A DNA stretch of 64,000 bases, from NCBI GenBank assembly GCA_025451755.1, contig JANWJT010000017.1, forward strand, positions 16,147-80,146, in the 5' to 3' direction. Both the position numbers and the translations under genes were made by a program. The first letter of the stretch is position 1; every line of letters starts with the position of its first letter. The notes beneath the pieces were generated by a model that worked only from the letters and a program-made list of their open reading frames with translations, ran no database searches and was not told where the DNA came from. Positions 38,669-48,219 of the stretch are shown here, in pieces. Source of the stretch: Candidatus Microgenomates bacterium (lineage in GTDB: Bacteria > Patescibacteriota > Microgenomatia > Levybacterales > UBA12049).

Positions 38669-39865
38669 ATGGAAAAAATAATAATTGCAGGGGGTGGATT
38701 TGGCGGAGTTGCAGCTGTAATCTCGCTTTTAAAGTCCCTACCAAAAGAAACTAAGATATTTTTAATCGACAAAAATCCTTATCATCTTTTTACTCCTTCT
38801 CTCTACGAAGTTGCAACAAGCGAATCGCCAATGAAAAATATTGCAATTCCATTTAAGGAAATTTTTGGGAACAGGATCGAAATAATTACAGGAGAGATCT
38901 TGTCAATTCAACCAAAAGATTCAAAGATAAAACTTAAAGATCAGGAAATTTCTTATAATTATCTGCTCCTGGCATTAGGAAGTGAATCCGCATTCTATAA
39001 TATTCCGGGACTTGCCGAATACTCACTTCCACTTAAGACATTAACAGATGCTGTAAAAATAAAAGATGCAATACATAAACTCTATGATTTAAAAGCTCCA
39101 AAAAAAGAAATGGTAAATATAATTGTAGGGGGCGGAGGATTTTCGGGAACAGAGCTTGCTGCAGAGCTTTTAGGGTATGTATATAAATTATCAAAAGAAC
39201 ATGATCTATCATCAAACTTAATAAAGGTTTGTATAATTCAGGGATCAGATAAATTATTAAAAGAACTTGACGACCATGTTGCAAATATTGCAACTACAAG
39301 GCTTAAGAAATTAGGCGCTGATTTTATCTTTGGAAGCCATGTTAAAGGAGTTTTTAAAAATAAACTAGTTACCGATAAAAATCAAGAATTTTCATTTGAT
39401 CTTTTAATTTGGACTGGAGGAGTTAAAGCAAATGGTTTACTTGCAAGTTCAGGCTTAGCGCTAGGTAAATCAGGACAAATTCCTGTTAATGAATTCCTAC
39501 AGACAAAAGAATTTCCAAATGTTTTTGCAGTCGGAGATATTGCAGAATTTACAGATCCTGTCTCGAAAAAATCTGCACCGGGAGTTGCACAGATTGCCGA
39601 AGAAGAAGGTAAAATTGCAGGAGAAAATATTGCAAGATCAATGCAAAAAAAATCACTCGCCCCATACAAATATAAACATTTTGGGTACATTGTTCCATTA
39701 AAAGGAAGATACGCGGTTTATGAAGAGGGATGGCTTCATATAGATGGATTTTTTGCATGGGTTTTACAGCAAATCGTATTTCTTAGATATCTTTTAGGAG
39801 TACTTTCTTTATATAAAGCTTTTAAAAGATGGAATCAGTTCGAAAAAGATTTAAGGCAAGAATAG
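38669..39865 (+). CDS. Type II NADH dehydrogenase-like FAD oxidoreductase
   Basis: GGGFGG, second Rossmann motif GGGFSGTELAAE, FAVGD, AQIA. Confidence 0.85.
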   Translation: MEKIIIAGGGFGGVAAVISLLKSLPKETKIFLIDKNPYHLFTPSLYEVATSESPMKNIAIPFKEIFGNRIEIITGEILSIQPKDSKIKLKDQEISYNYLLLALGSESAFYNIPGLAEYSLPLKTLTDAVKIKDAIHKLYDLKAPKKEMVNIIVGGGGFSGTELAAELLGYVYKLSKEHDLSSNLIKVCIIQGSDKLLKELDDHVANIATTRLKKLGADFIFGSHVKGVFKNKLVTDKNQEFSFDLLIWTGGVKANGLLASSGLALGKSGQIPVNEFLQTKEFPNVFAVGDIAEFTDPVSKKSAPGVAQIAEEEGKIAGENIARSMQKKSLAPYKYKHFGYIVPLKGRYAVYEEGWLHIDGFFAWVLQQIVFLRYLLGVLSLYKAFKRWNQFEKDLRQE

Positions 39866-39926
39866 GATTGATCCCGATTTGATCGGGATTGACAAACAGT
39901 AAGTAAAGTTTTATGTTATATTGGTT

Positions 39927-40418
39927 ATGAGAAGAGTAATTGAAATTATATCAAAAATATTCCCTTCTAAAATCGTGTTTGCGCACTGCGATATTCCGTG
40001 CGGAATCTATGATCCTCATAATGCTCAGATGGCAGCACATACAGTTTTACGGATGACGCAGATTATGGATGAGATTGGAAAAATTAAGAACCCATCAGCA
40101 GAAGATAGGTCAAAATTTATCCGCTGCGTTAAGGTTAAAGAAGAACATGGAGAAATAGTAGAAGACGAACTGGGAACTTTAGAGAATGATTATTTTAAAG
40201 AAGAGCATTTTAAAAAATTCCCAAACTTAAAAGAACTTATTGAAGTGGCTGTCAAACTTTCTATAAAAACCAGACAAAATGTCGATTTAGAAAGTTCGAA
40301 GAAAATGATTGATGTTGCTATGCAAATTGCAGAAATATTCTACAAGACTAAAGATCTTGCACCTGTGCGAGTCTCCTCGGGTTATCCTACTGGGGGAGAA
40401 ATTGTAATTCACAAATAA
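39927..40418 (+). CDS. sodN: Nickel superoxide dismutase precursor
   Basis: Ni-hook HCDIPCGIYDP after a 19-aa leader. Confidence 0.92.
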   Translation: MRRVIEIISKIFPSKIVFAHCDIPCGIYDPHNAQMAAHTVLRMTQIMDEIGKIKNPSAEDRSKFIRCVKVKEEHGEIVEDELGTLENDYFKEEHFKKFPNLKELIEVAVKLSIKTRQNVDLESSKKMIDVAMQIAEIFYKTKDLAPVRVSSGYPTGGEIVIHK

Positions 40419-40703
40419 ATGCTTCTTGGTAAGTTTAAAATTTCAGGTCACAGCATGGAGCCATTTTTCTTAAATAATCAAACAGTTTTAATAAGTTCGA
40501 TTCCATTTCTTTTTTCAAAACCAAAAAACGGAGAAGTTGTAGTTTTTGAACATAAAAACAAAAAATATATTAAAAGAATCACAAAATTATCTAATAATAG
40601 ATATTTTCTGGAGGGATACAATAAAAAAGACAGTTTAGATAGTAAAAAAATTGGGTGGATAGAGGGAAAAAATATAATTGGAAAAATCGTATTTAAGATT
40701 TAA
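40419..40703 (+). CDS. sodX: NiSOD maturation peptidase (S26 family)
   Basis: GHSMEP Ser and IKRI Lys dyad; abuts sodN. Confidence 0.8.
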   Translation: MLLGKFKISGHSMEPFFLNNQTVLISSIPFLFSKPKNGEVVVFEHKNKKYIKRITKLSNNRYFLEGYNKKDSLDSKKIGWIEGKNIIGKIVFKI

Positions 40704-40705
40704 GA

Positions 40706-41218
40706 ATGCTTGAATTAATCTTTCTATCAATAATAATATTTCTGCTCTTGATTCTGTCATGGGTTTGGCCGCCGAATAGTCCATGGGCGCCGTGGTGGAG
40801 GACAAATAGAAAAACAGCACGTGCAATTTGCAAACTTGCAGAAATTTCAAAAAATGACATTGTTTATGATTTAGGATGCGGAGACGGAACTTTTATTATT
40901 ACAGCAGCAAAAGAATTTAAGGCCGAGGCAATCGGAGTAGAAATTGATCCATCCCGTTTTTTAATTTCGAAAATCCGTATCTGTCTCAATAATTTATCTT
41001 CAAAAGTCAAAATAAAAAGAAAAAGTTTTTTCAATGAAGATTTATCGCAAGCAACAGTTGTAGTAATCTATCTTGTTCCAAAAACTCTTGAAAAACTTTT
41101 ACCAAAGTTTAAAAAAGAATTAAAAAAAGGAACCAGAATTATAAGTTATAAATATAAGATTAATCTAAGGCTCGAAAAAGAAGATAAAAAAAATAATCTA
41201 AGACTCTATGTTATTTAA
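40706..41218 (+). CDS. Class I SAM-dependent methyltransferase
   Basis: YDLGCGDG, GVEID. Confidence 0.88.
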   Translation: MLELIFLSIIIFLLLILSWVWPPNSPWAPWWRTNRKTARAICKLAEISKNDIVYDLGCGDGTFIITAAKEFKAEAIGVEIDPSRFLISKIRICLNNLSSKVKIKRKSFFNEDLSQATVVVIYLVPKTLEKLLPKFKKELKKGTRIISYKYKINLRLEKEDKKNNLRLYVI

Positions 41219-42194
41219 ATTTTAAAATCATCCACCTTAGTTTATCTACGATTTTGTAAACGTTGTATAAAATTGGATTTATTACTAAATCATAACTTCC
41301 CACGAATTCTACAAGTTCTGCTCCATACCCTTGTTTGAATTTGTGAAATCCATGCCACGAATCTTTTGGGTCAGGATTTGGTCCAAGCGCTCCCCACATA
41401 TCAAATTTTTTAAGTCCCAGCTTTTTCCCAAATTTTATTGCCTCCCACATTATTAAATTTGAAGCCATAGTTTCTCTATTTTTATCACTTGATGCACCAT
41501 ATGGGTAGTAGAGAGTGTCTTTAAATATGAACAGTATCCACGCGACTAAAGTTTCTTTTTTATACCTTGCTAGAAGGAGATGAGCGGTAAGTTGATCAGG
41601 ATTTATGATTGACGATTTATGATTTACGATTTTTAATGCTTGCCACATAAGCTCGTGATATTTTTGGGTGTGAGCGTAAAATTTTTGCCTTTTTGTAGTT
41701 TCGTTAGTTAATTTTAAATATTCTTTAAAAGCTTTATCGGAATTATCCTCGATAATTTCTACGCCGTGTTTTTGTGCAACTTTTATGTTATATCGGGTTT
41801 TTTGATGCATGCCTTTAAGTAATTCATCTTCACTTTTGATAAGATCAAGAACAAAAGTGTATTTGGTAAAAAGAGGATGAGCAGCGGGAACAAGATTATT
41901 ATTGACTATTGACGATTTACCATTTGCCATTGACGAGGGGACGTTTGGTTCCAACTGAATAAAGATGCAATTATTCTCTCTTCCTATTTTTTTTAGCGTT
42001 TCGATAAGTTTTTTGTCTGGCAGATTTCCTTTTGGTAAATAACCAATATTCCATTTCGTCCGCGGAATTTTATGAATGGTTAGTTGAAAATTATCTCCTC
42101 TTACGACTTTTACTCCAGTTTTTTCTCTAAATTCTCCCCATTCAAACGCTTGAAGAGGATGATTGGCAAACTTATTTAAATCTTTGGGCTTCAT
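41211..42194 (-). CDS. FemABX/FemX family peptidoglycan bridge aminoacyltransferase
   Basis: HPLQ..WG, KTRYNI..A.K.GV, YGAS, FDMWG, FKQGYG. Confidence 0.9.
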   Translation of the reverse strand: MKPKDLNKFANHPLQAFEWGEFREKTGVKVVRGDNFQLTIHKIPRTKWNIGYLPKGNLPDKKLIETLKKIGRENNCIFIQLEPNVPSSMANGKSSIVNNNLVPAAHPLFTKYTFVLDLIKSEDELLKGMHQKTRYNIKVAQKHGVEIIEDNSDKAFKEYLKLTNETTKRQKFYAHTQKYHELMWQALKIVNHKSSIINPDQLTAHLLLARYKKETLVAWILFIFKDTLYYPYGASSDKNRETMASNLIMWEAIKFGKKLGLKKFDMWGALGPNPDPKDSWHGFHKFKQGYGAELVEFVGSYDLVINPILYNVYKIVDKLRWMILKFK

Positions 42195-44047
42195 ATAAAT
42201 TCGACGGATTCAGTTTCTAAAACTGGAAAATTCTTGGAAAGAACTTTTTCCGGGAGTTCAAGAACAAATCTGGAAACAATATTTGAAGTTCTCTGTCCAA
42301 AGAAAAGTCTTTTTCGGGAATATGTTAAAAATAATTTTTCTTTTGCCCGGGTCATGCCAACATAGCAAAGTCTTCTTTCTTCTTCAAGTTCATTTTTATC
42401 CATAAGACTTCTTGAATGAGGAAAAAGACCTTCTTCCATGCCAACCATAAAAACAACAGGAAACTCAAGCCCCTTCGCGCCATGAAGCGTCATAAGATTT
42501 ACCCGCTCGCCATCGCTACGCTCAGACGTTAGCGGACGGGTCGTATCTTTTGGTTCGTATTCCCGTTCAACCAATGCAACATTTTCTAAAAACTCAATAA
42601 TATTTGGGAATTCTATGGCAACAGATCTTAGTTCTTTGATATTCTCAAGCCTTGCTCTATCTTCTTCGTCTTTTTCATCATACAGAGAAAGATAATCTGT
42701 CTTTGCTATAACATTATCTAGAATTTCAAGAGTCGGAGTTGTTTCGGTCTCCGCCTCTTTAAAATCTTCCATAAATTCAAGAAACTTATTTAATCTTCCT
42801 TTGCCCAATTTTTCTATTCTTTTATAAGAAACAGTATCTTTTGGATTAGCAATAAGACTTAAATACGCTAAGACATCTTTTATTTCGCGTCTTTCATAAA
42901 ATCTTATTCCTCCTATTAAAACATAAGAAATTCCTTGATGTAAGAATACTTCTTCAATTGCTCTAGATTGGGCATTGGTTCTGTAAAGAACTGCAAAATC
43001 GGAATAAGAAAGACTAGGATTTTTAGATTTTAGCTCAAGGATTCTATTTATTATAAATTCTCCTTCGTCGTGCTCATTTCTGGATTCATACAAAGTAATG
43101 TCTTCGCCTTTTGGATTTTCTGTCCATAATTCAAGTACGGGATGGGAAGTATTTTTAGAAATAACAGATGATGCGCCGTCTAGAATTTTTTGGGTTGAAC
43201 GGTAATTTTGAGAAAGAGAAAATGTTTGGGTATTTTTGAAATCGTCTTTAAACTTTGAAAGATTTTGGAAGTCCGCGCCGCGCCAGGAATAAATACTTTG
43301 AGAAAAATCTCCAACAACGCAGATATTTAAGGATTCAGTTCCTGTTAATATTTTTGTTAACATATACTGCGCATGATTTGTGTCTTGATACTCATCGACT
43401 AAAATATATTTAAATTTATCCTGATACTTTTTAATAATGTCTGGGTTTTTATCGAAAAGCTCTATAGTTTTTAGAATTAAGTCATCAAAGTCTAAGGCGC
43501 CATTTTCCGAAAGAAGCTTTTGGTAAATGGGGTAAATGCGAGAGACTGTTTCCTGAAAATATCCTCTGGCATAATTTAAATATTCAGTCGCTGTTATAAG
43601 CTGATTTTTTGCCTGCGATATTGTTGTTAAAATTGACGAAGGCTTAAAATCTTTAATTGAAATATCTAATATTTTCATCGCCTGTTTTACTCCCTCAACT
43701 TGATCCTGATCATCATAAATAACAAAATTACGGGATATTCCAATACTTTGTCCATCAATTCTTAAGATTTTTGCGCATAATGAATGAAAAGTGGCAATAG
43801 TTGGATTCATGCTTTGGGAAAATTTTTGGATTCTTTCTTTCATTTCTTTGGCAGCTTTATTTGTAAAAGTAACCATGAGAATATTATTTGAGTCAACTCC
43901 GAGGAAATTTATTAGATAAATAACTTTATATGTTAAAACTCTTGTTTTGCCCGACCCGGCGCCCGCTAAGATAATTGTAGGTCCGTCGGTTTTTATAACT
44001 GCTTTTTGTTGATCGGGGTTTAAGTCCTTGAGAAAGTCTTTGTCCAT
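42191..44047 (-). CDS. pcrA: UvrD/PcrA superfamily 1 DNA helicase
   Basis: AGAGSGKT, DEYQD, QNYRS, TLHGAKGLEF, EERRLCYVGMTRA. Confidence 0.93.
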   Translation of the reverse strand: MDKDFLKDLNPDQQKAVIKTDGPTIILAGAGSGKTRVLTYKVIYLINFLGVDSNNILMVTFTNKAAKEMKERIQKFSQSMNPTIATFHSLCAKILRIDGQSIGISRNFVIYDDQDQVEGVKQAMKILDISIKDFKPSSILTTISQAKNQLITATEYLNYARGYFQETVSRIYPIYQKLLSENGALDFDDLILKTIELFDKNPDIIKKYQDKFKYILVDEYQDTNHAQYMLTKILTGTESLNICVVGDFSQSIYSWRGADFQNLSKFKDDFKNTQTFSLSQNYRSTQKILDGASSVISKNTSHPVLELWTENPKGEDITLYESRNEHDEGEFIINRILELKSKNPSLSYSDFAVLYRTNAQSRAIEEVFLHQGISYVLIGGIRFYERREIKDVLAYLSLIANPKDTVSYKRIEKLGKGRLNKFLEFMEDFKEAETETTPTLEILDNVIAKTDYLSLYDEKDEEDRARLENIKELRSVAIEFPNIIEFLENVALVEREYEPKDTTRPLTSERSDGERVNLMTLHGAKGLEFPVVFMVGMEEGLFPHSRSLMDKNELEEERRLCYVGMTRAKEKLFLTYSRKRLFFGQRTSNIVSRFVLELPEKVLSKNFPVLETESVEFI

Positions 44048-44080
44048 AATCTATAATAGAAGAACTCAAGTTATTGTACC

Positions 44081-44794
44081 ATGAAAAAACTTTTTATTAT
44101 AGCTAATTGGAAGTCAAATAAGACCATCGAAGAGACAGAAAAATGGTTTCATGATTTTTCTGAAAAACTATTGTTAGAATCTGCCGACCTTTCAAATAAA
44201 GAGCTAATAATTTGCCCTCCTTTTACAGCTATTGAACGTTCTCATGACTACTCAGTCAATTTAAAACTGTCAATAAAAATAGGTGCACAAAATATTTCTA
44301 AGTTTAAACAAGGAGCCCATACGGGAGAAGTAACAGGAGAAATGTTGGAAAGCTTAGTTTTATATTGCATTGTGGGGCATTCAGAAAGGAGAAAATATTT
44401 TGGAGAAACAGATGATGATGTTATTGAAAAAATAAAACTTCTCTTGGAATACAAAATTACACCTGTTCTTTGCATAAGTGATTTGTCGCAGTTAGATTCC
44501 TATGTTGATAGGGGAAAGCAAATCATAGAAAAAGCAGAAGATATAATATTTGTTTATGAGCCGCCAAATGCGATTAGCGGTGGAGGAGAATATAAACCTG
44601 ATTCTCCTGACGATGCAAATTTGAATGCCGGAAAAATCAAAGAAAAAGTTGGTGAAACAAAAATTTTATATGGCGGAAGCGTGAATTCAGATAACGCTTC
44701 TTCGTTTTTTTCTCAGCCAAACATAGACGGAGCTTTGGTAGGGCAAGCAAGCCTTGATCCGATTGAATTTCTTCAGATAATTAAGAATGCGTAA
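44081..44794 (+). CDS. tpiA: Triosephosphate isomerase
   Basis: ANWK, GHSERR, YEP, YGGSV, GALVG. Confidence 0.92.
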   Translation: MKKLFIIANWKSNKTIEETEKWFHDFSEKLLLESADLSNKELIICPPFTAIERSHDYSVNLKLSIKIGAQNISKFKQGAHTGEVTGEMLESLVLYCIVGHSERRKYFGETDDDVIEKIKLLLEYKITPVLCISDLSQLDSYVDRGKQIIEKAEDIIFVYEPPNAISGGGEYKPDSPDDANLNAGKIKEKVGETKILYGGSVNSDNASSFFSQPNIDGALVGQASLDPIEFLQIIKNA

Positions 44795-45908
44795 TAAAAA
44801 CCTGCGTGCCGATAAAGCAGAAAAATTTAAAAAAGTTGTTCTAATTATTTTAAGCCTAATAGTTCTTTTTTTTGTTGGAAAAGCCATTATTAAAATTGCA
44901 GAATTTACACCATTTTTATTTCAGCTTATTTTTAATAGAGAAATAGATCTTAAAACAAATGACGATCACATAAATATTCTTCTTCTTGGAATTGGCGGAA
45001 AAAACCATCAAGGTCCAAATCTCACAGACACGCTAATTTTTACAAGCATTTCTACAAAAGGAGATAAGGCAACGCTCGTTTCTATCCCGAGGGATTTATG
45101 GATTCCCGATCTTTCTGCCAAGATTAACACAGCTTATTCAACAGGAGAAAGTAAAAGACAGGGTGGAGGCATAGTGCTTTCTAAAGCAGTTGTTTCAAAA
45201 ATTGTAAATCAGCCGATTGATTATGTTTTAAGGATAGATTTTGATGGATTTATTAAGGCAGTGGATTTAATTGGAGGAATATCGGTAAATGTTGATAGAA
45301 ATTTCGACGATTATGAATATCCGATTGACGGAAAAGAAGAAGATCCTTGTGGGCATAGCGATGCAGAGCTTAAAGAATTAGCAACTGCATCCTCTCAGCT
45401 TGAGGCATTCCCCTGCAGATATAATCATGTTCACTTTGATAAAGGACTACAGGAAATGGATGGAAAAACCGCTCTTCAATTTGTAAGGTCCCGTCATGCT
45501 CAGGGAGCAGATGGTTCGGATTTTGCAAGAAGTCAAAGGCAGGAAAAAATAATAAAAGCTTTCAAAGACAAAATATTTTCTCTTCAAACACTTACAAATC
45601 CTGCAAAGGTAGTAAGTCTCTATAGCATTTTAAAAGACAGCATAGATACAGATATAAAAGACGATGAATTCGATGATTTTATAAGACTTGCTGGGAAGAT
45701 GAAGGCAGTACAAATAGAGAGCGCAGTATTAGATGTAGGAAATGATGAAGCAAAACGTCCAGGACTTTTAGTAAATCCTGTTTCGGGCAAAGAATATAAT
45801 TTTGAATGGGTACTCTTGCCAAAAATTGGGAATGGCAATTTTTCGGAAATTCAAAAATATATAGATTGCGAAATTAAAATCGGAAATTGTCCTATTTCTA
45901 CAGAGTAA
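44787..45908 (+). CDS. LCP (LytR-CpsA-Psr) family protein
   Basis: NILLLG, SIPRD, FVRSRH, DFARSQRQ. Confidence 0.92.
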   Translation: MRNKNLRADKAEKFKKVVLIILSLIVLFFVGKAIIKIAEFTPFLFQLIFNREIDLKTNDDHINILLLGIGGKNHQGPNLTDTLIFTSISTKGDKATLVSIPRDLWIPDLSAKINTAYSTGESKRQGGGIVLSKAVVSKIVNQPIDYVLRIDFDGFIKAVDLIGGISVNVDRNFDDYEYPIDGKEEDPCGHSDAELKELATASSQLEAFPCRYNHVHFDKGLQEMDGKTALQFVRSRHAQGADGSDFARSQRQEKIIKAFKDKIFSLQTLTNPAKVVSLYSILKDSIDTDIKDDEFDDFIRLAGKMKAVQIESAVLDVGNDEAKRPGLLVNPVSGKEYNFEWVLLPKIGNGNFSEIQKYIDCEIKIGNCPISTE

Positions 45909-48177
45909 TTTTATAAATTTTTGTTTTTCCATTTTTGTAAATTATCTTTCCAATAGTTTCAAATTTCCTTTCATTTAAATTTGTATATTTTTGATATTCC
46001 AAATCCCCAATAAATATATAATCAATTTTATATTTTTTAATTAACTCTTTGGTTCTGTTAATATCAGTATTTTCATAGAGCGTTTGAACTTCCGTAATTC
46101 TTGGAGCAGGAATATCATATGTCCCTCTCCATAGCCATTCGTGAACTGTCCATCCTAAAACAGTTGGAAGCCCGGTATTTGCAGAAATTCTGGCAAAATC
46201 GGTATATGAATCTCCTTGTGCTTCAAGAATTACAGGTTGTCCTTTTATATTTTTATTAATCCAATAGATAGCGTCGTAGTCTGTGGGGTAAAGATTTTTT
46301 AAATATTTTGTTCCGTCGAGTCCTAGTTGTGCTTTTAGATTTCCGTAAAAAGAGTTGATTGCAAAATATGGATATAAAAACACTAAAAATAATCCAATAA
46401 TACCAAGAACCATCAACGGGAGAATTTTCCATTTACTATTTACCATTTTCCATTGAGATACAAAGCGGACAATTATATATCCGGATGCAATCGAAAGCAT
46501 AATGAAGGACTGGTATACAAGCTTAAACATGGTGTTTGCCCGATAATGGGCTGGGTATATATCTTTTGCATACATTAATTCAGGAATTATTATTAGAATT
46601 GTAGAAAGAAGAATTAAAGCAAATACAAATAAATCTGTTTTTTCTAAATCTTTGAGTTTTGCAGTATAATTCTTAAGTTTTATATTTCTGAAGATGGAGA
46701 TTATAAAAGTTATTACCCAAAAATAAAAAAATCCATAGAGTGTAAATATTTGCCACCAGGGTGATTTTTGACAATGCGCCTCTTCAAAAATAAACGGACC
46801 AAGTTTTCCTACTCTTACTAAGAATTCAGGTGGGCAAACTATTCCGATTCCCGAAACGAATGGCTTGAAATAATGGTTAAATGGATAAGAGAAGATAAAA
46901 AAACCAACTAGAATTAGCGTATAGAGAATAGCGTATTGTGTATAGTTTCTAGATCGATGTGCAAGATATAAGAATACAATAAATGTCAAAAGTGCATAAA
47001 TTATTCCATCCCATGCATTTGTTGTATACATTACTGCTAGGAGAAATCCTAGCAGTAAAACTCGAAACTCTAAGCTCGAAATTCTAAATAAATTCCAAAT
47101 TTTAAAACTTAAATTCTCAAAATGTTTAGAATTTAGTGCTTCGGATTTAGATATTAGCGAAAAGAGGAGTGCTATTGTTAAAAGCACCATTGGTATATCT
47201 AATACATGACCATGAAGATCTGAGACGACAAAAGAATATAAAGGAAACTCATGGATAGTATTTTGGATAAAACGAGTTGCGTTTGGATACCAATAATTAT
47301 TAGGAAGCGTTGAAAGCGAAAATGGTAAATGCCAAAAAGGAACGGGATTTTCTCCGGAATAATTTTTAAAAAAAGCATAAATTGTTTGCAAATTTCCCGC
47401 AAAAGAAACAATAAAAGCAGTCAAAAAACCTCCGGTTAAAGCTCCAAATTCGAAATTTAAAATTCCAAATAATTTTCGGTTACCTAAATTCAAAACTTTA
47501 GAATTTTTAACACCCTGGTTTATTTGTGATTTGAGCATATAGATTAGATTTGCTCCAATAGAAAAAGATGCTGTAAAAGTAAATGCAAAAATTGTTGCGA
47601 TCATAAAATTGAATGTAATATTTGAAGAAATATTAGAAAGTTTTGTTAAGACCGCTGTTACTAAATGACCAAAATAATAGTAGTTTATTGGTAATGGAGT
47701 GAACCACATGTCTTTTGGAGGAAAAAATTCACTTCTTAAGATCGAATTTAGAATCCCAAAATCCATATACTTTTCAAGACCATGGATATCTGGCTGGAAG
47801 GATTTTACATAGCACCAAAGTAAAAAACATAAAGTAAATAAAATTTCCTCAAAAATAAAAATTGTGCGGTGTTCTTTTATTTTTTTTAAAAATGTTTTTA
47901 GGCCACCATTTTTATCTCGGATAATAAATGAAATATTCAATGCTGCAAAAAAAATCAATATCACAACAGAATTTGCAAATGAAAAAGGAATAATACGTAG
48001 AACCCCTAATAGAAAAATAGAATAAGAAACAATAATAATTCCCAATATTTTAGAAAATATATACCCCTTGTCAAAAAAGTTTTTAAATACAGAAAATGCT
48101 AGAGGAAGAAAAATAATTCCAATAAGAAAAATTAATAACCACCATTTTATCAATGAAGATATATCTACAAATTGCAT
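45898..48177 (-). CDS. DUF2298 (YYY) polytopic membrane protein, GT-C-like
   Basis: EKYMD, INYYYFG, TIHEFP.YSF...DLH.H, RANTMFK, GLPTVLGW. Confidence 0.8.
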   Translation of the reverse strand: MQFVDISSLIKWWLLIFLIGIIFLPLAFSVFKNFFDKGYIFSKILGIIIVSYSIFLLGVLRIIPFSFANSVVILIFFAALNISFIIRDKNGGLKTFLKKIKEHRTIFIFEEILFTLCFLLWCYVKSFQPDIHGLEKYMDFGILNSILRSEFFPPKDMWFTPLPINYYYFGHLVTAVLTKLSNISSNITFNFMIATIFAFTFTASFSIGANLIYMLKSQINQGVKNSKVLNLGNRKLFGILNFEFGALTGGFLTAFIVSFAGNLQTIYAFFKNYSGENPVPFWHLPFSLSTLPNNYWYPNATRFIQNTIHEFPLYSFVVSDLHGHVLDIPMVLLTIALLFSLISKSEALNSKHFENLSFKIWNLFRISSLEFRVLLLGFLLAVMYTTNAWDGIIYALLTFIVFLYLAHRSRNYTQYAILYTLILVGFFIFSYPFNHYFKPFVSGIGIVCPPEFLVRVGKLGPFIFEEAHCQKSPWWQIFTLYGFFYFWVITFIISIFRNIKLKNYTAKLKDLEKTDLFVFALILLSTILIIIPELMYAKDIYPAHYRANTMFKLVYQSFIMLSIASGYIIVRFVSQWKMVNSKWKILPLMVLGIIGLFLVFLYPYFAINSFYGNLKAQLGLDGTKYLKNLYPTDYDAIYWINKNIKGQPVILEAQGDSYTDFARISANTGLPTVLGWTVHEWLWRGTYDIPAPRITEVQTLYENTDINRTKELIKKYKIDYIFIGDLEYQKYTNLNERKFETIGKIIYKNGKTKIYKITL

Positions 48178-48219
48178 ATGTAATTTATATCATAAAGTAT
48201 TAACGAGATGTTAGATTAT

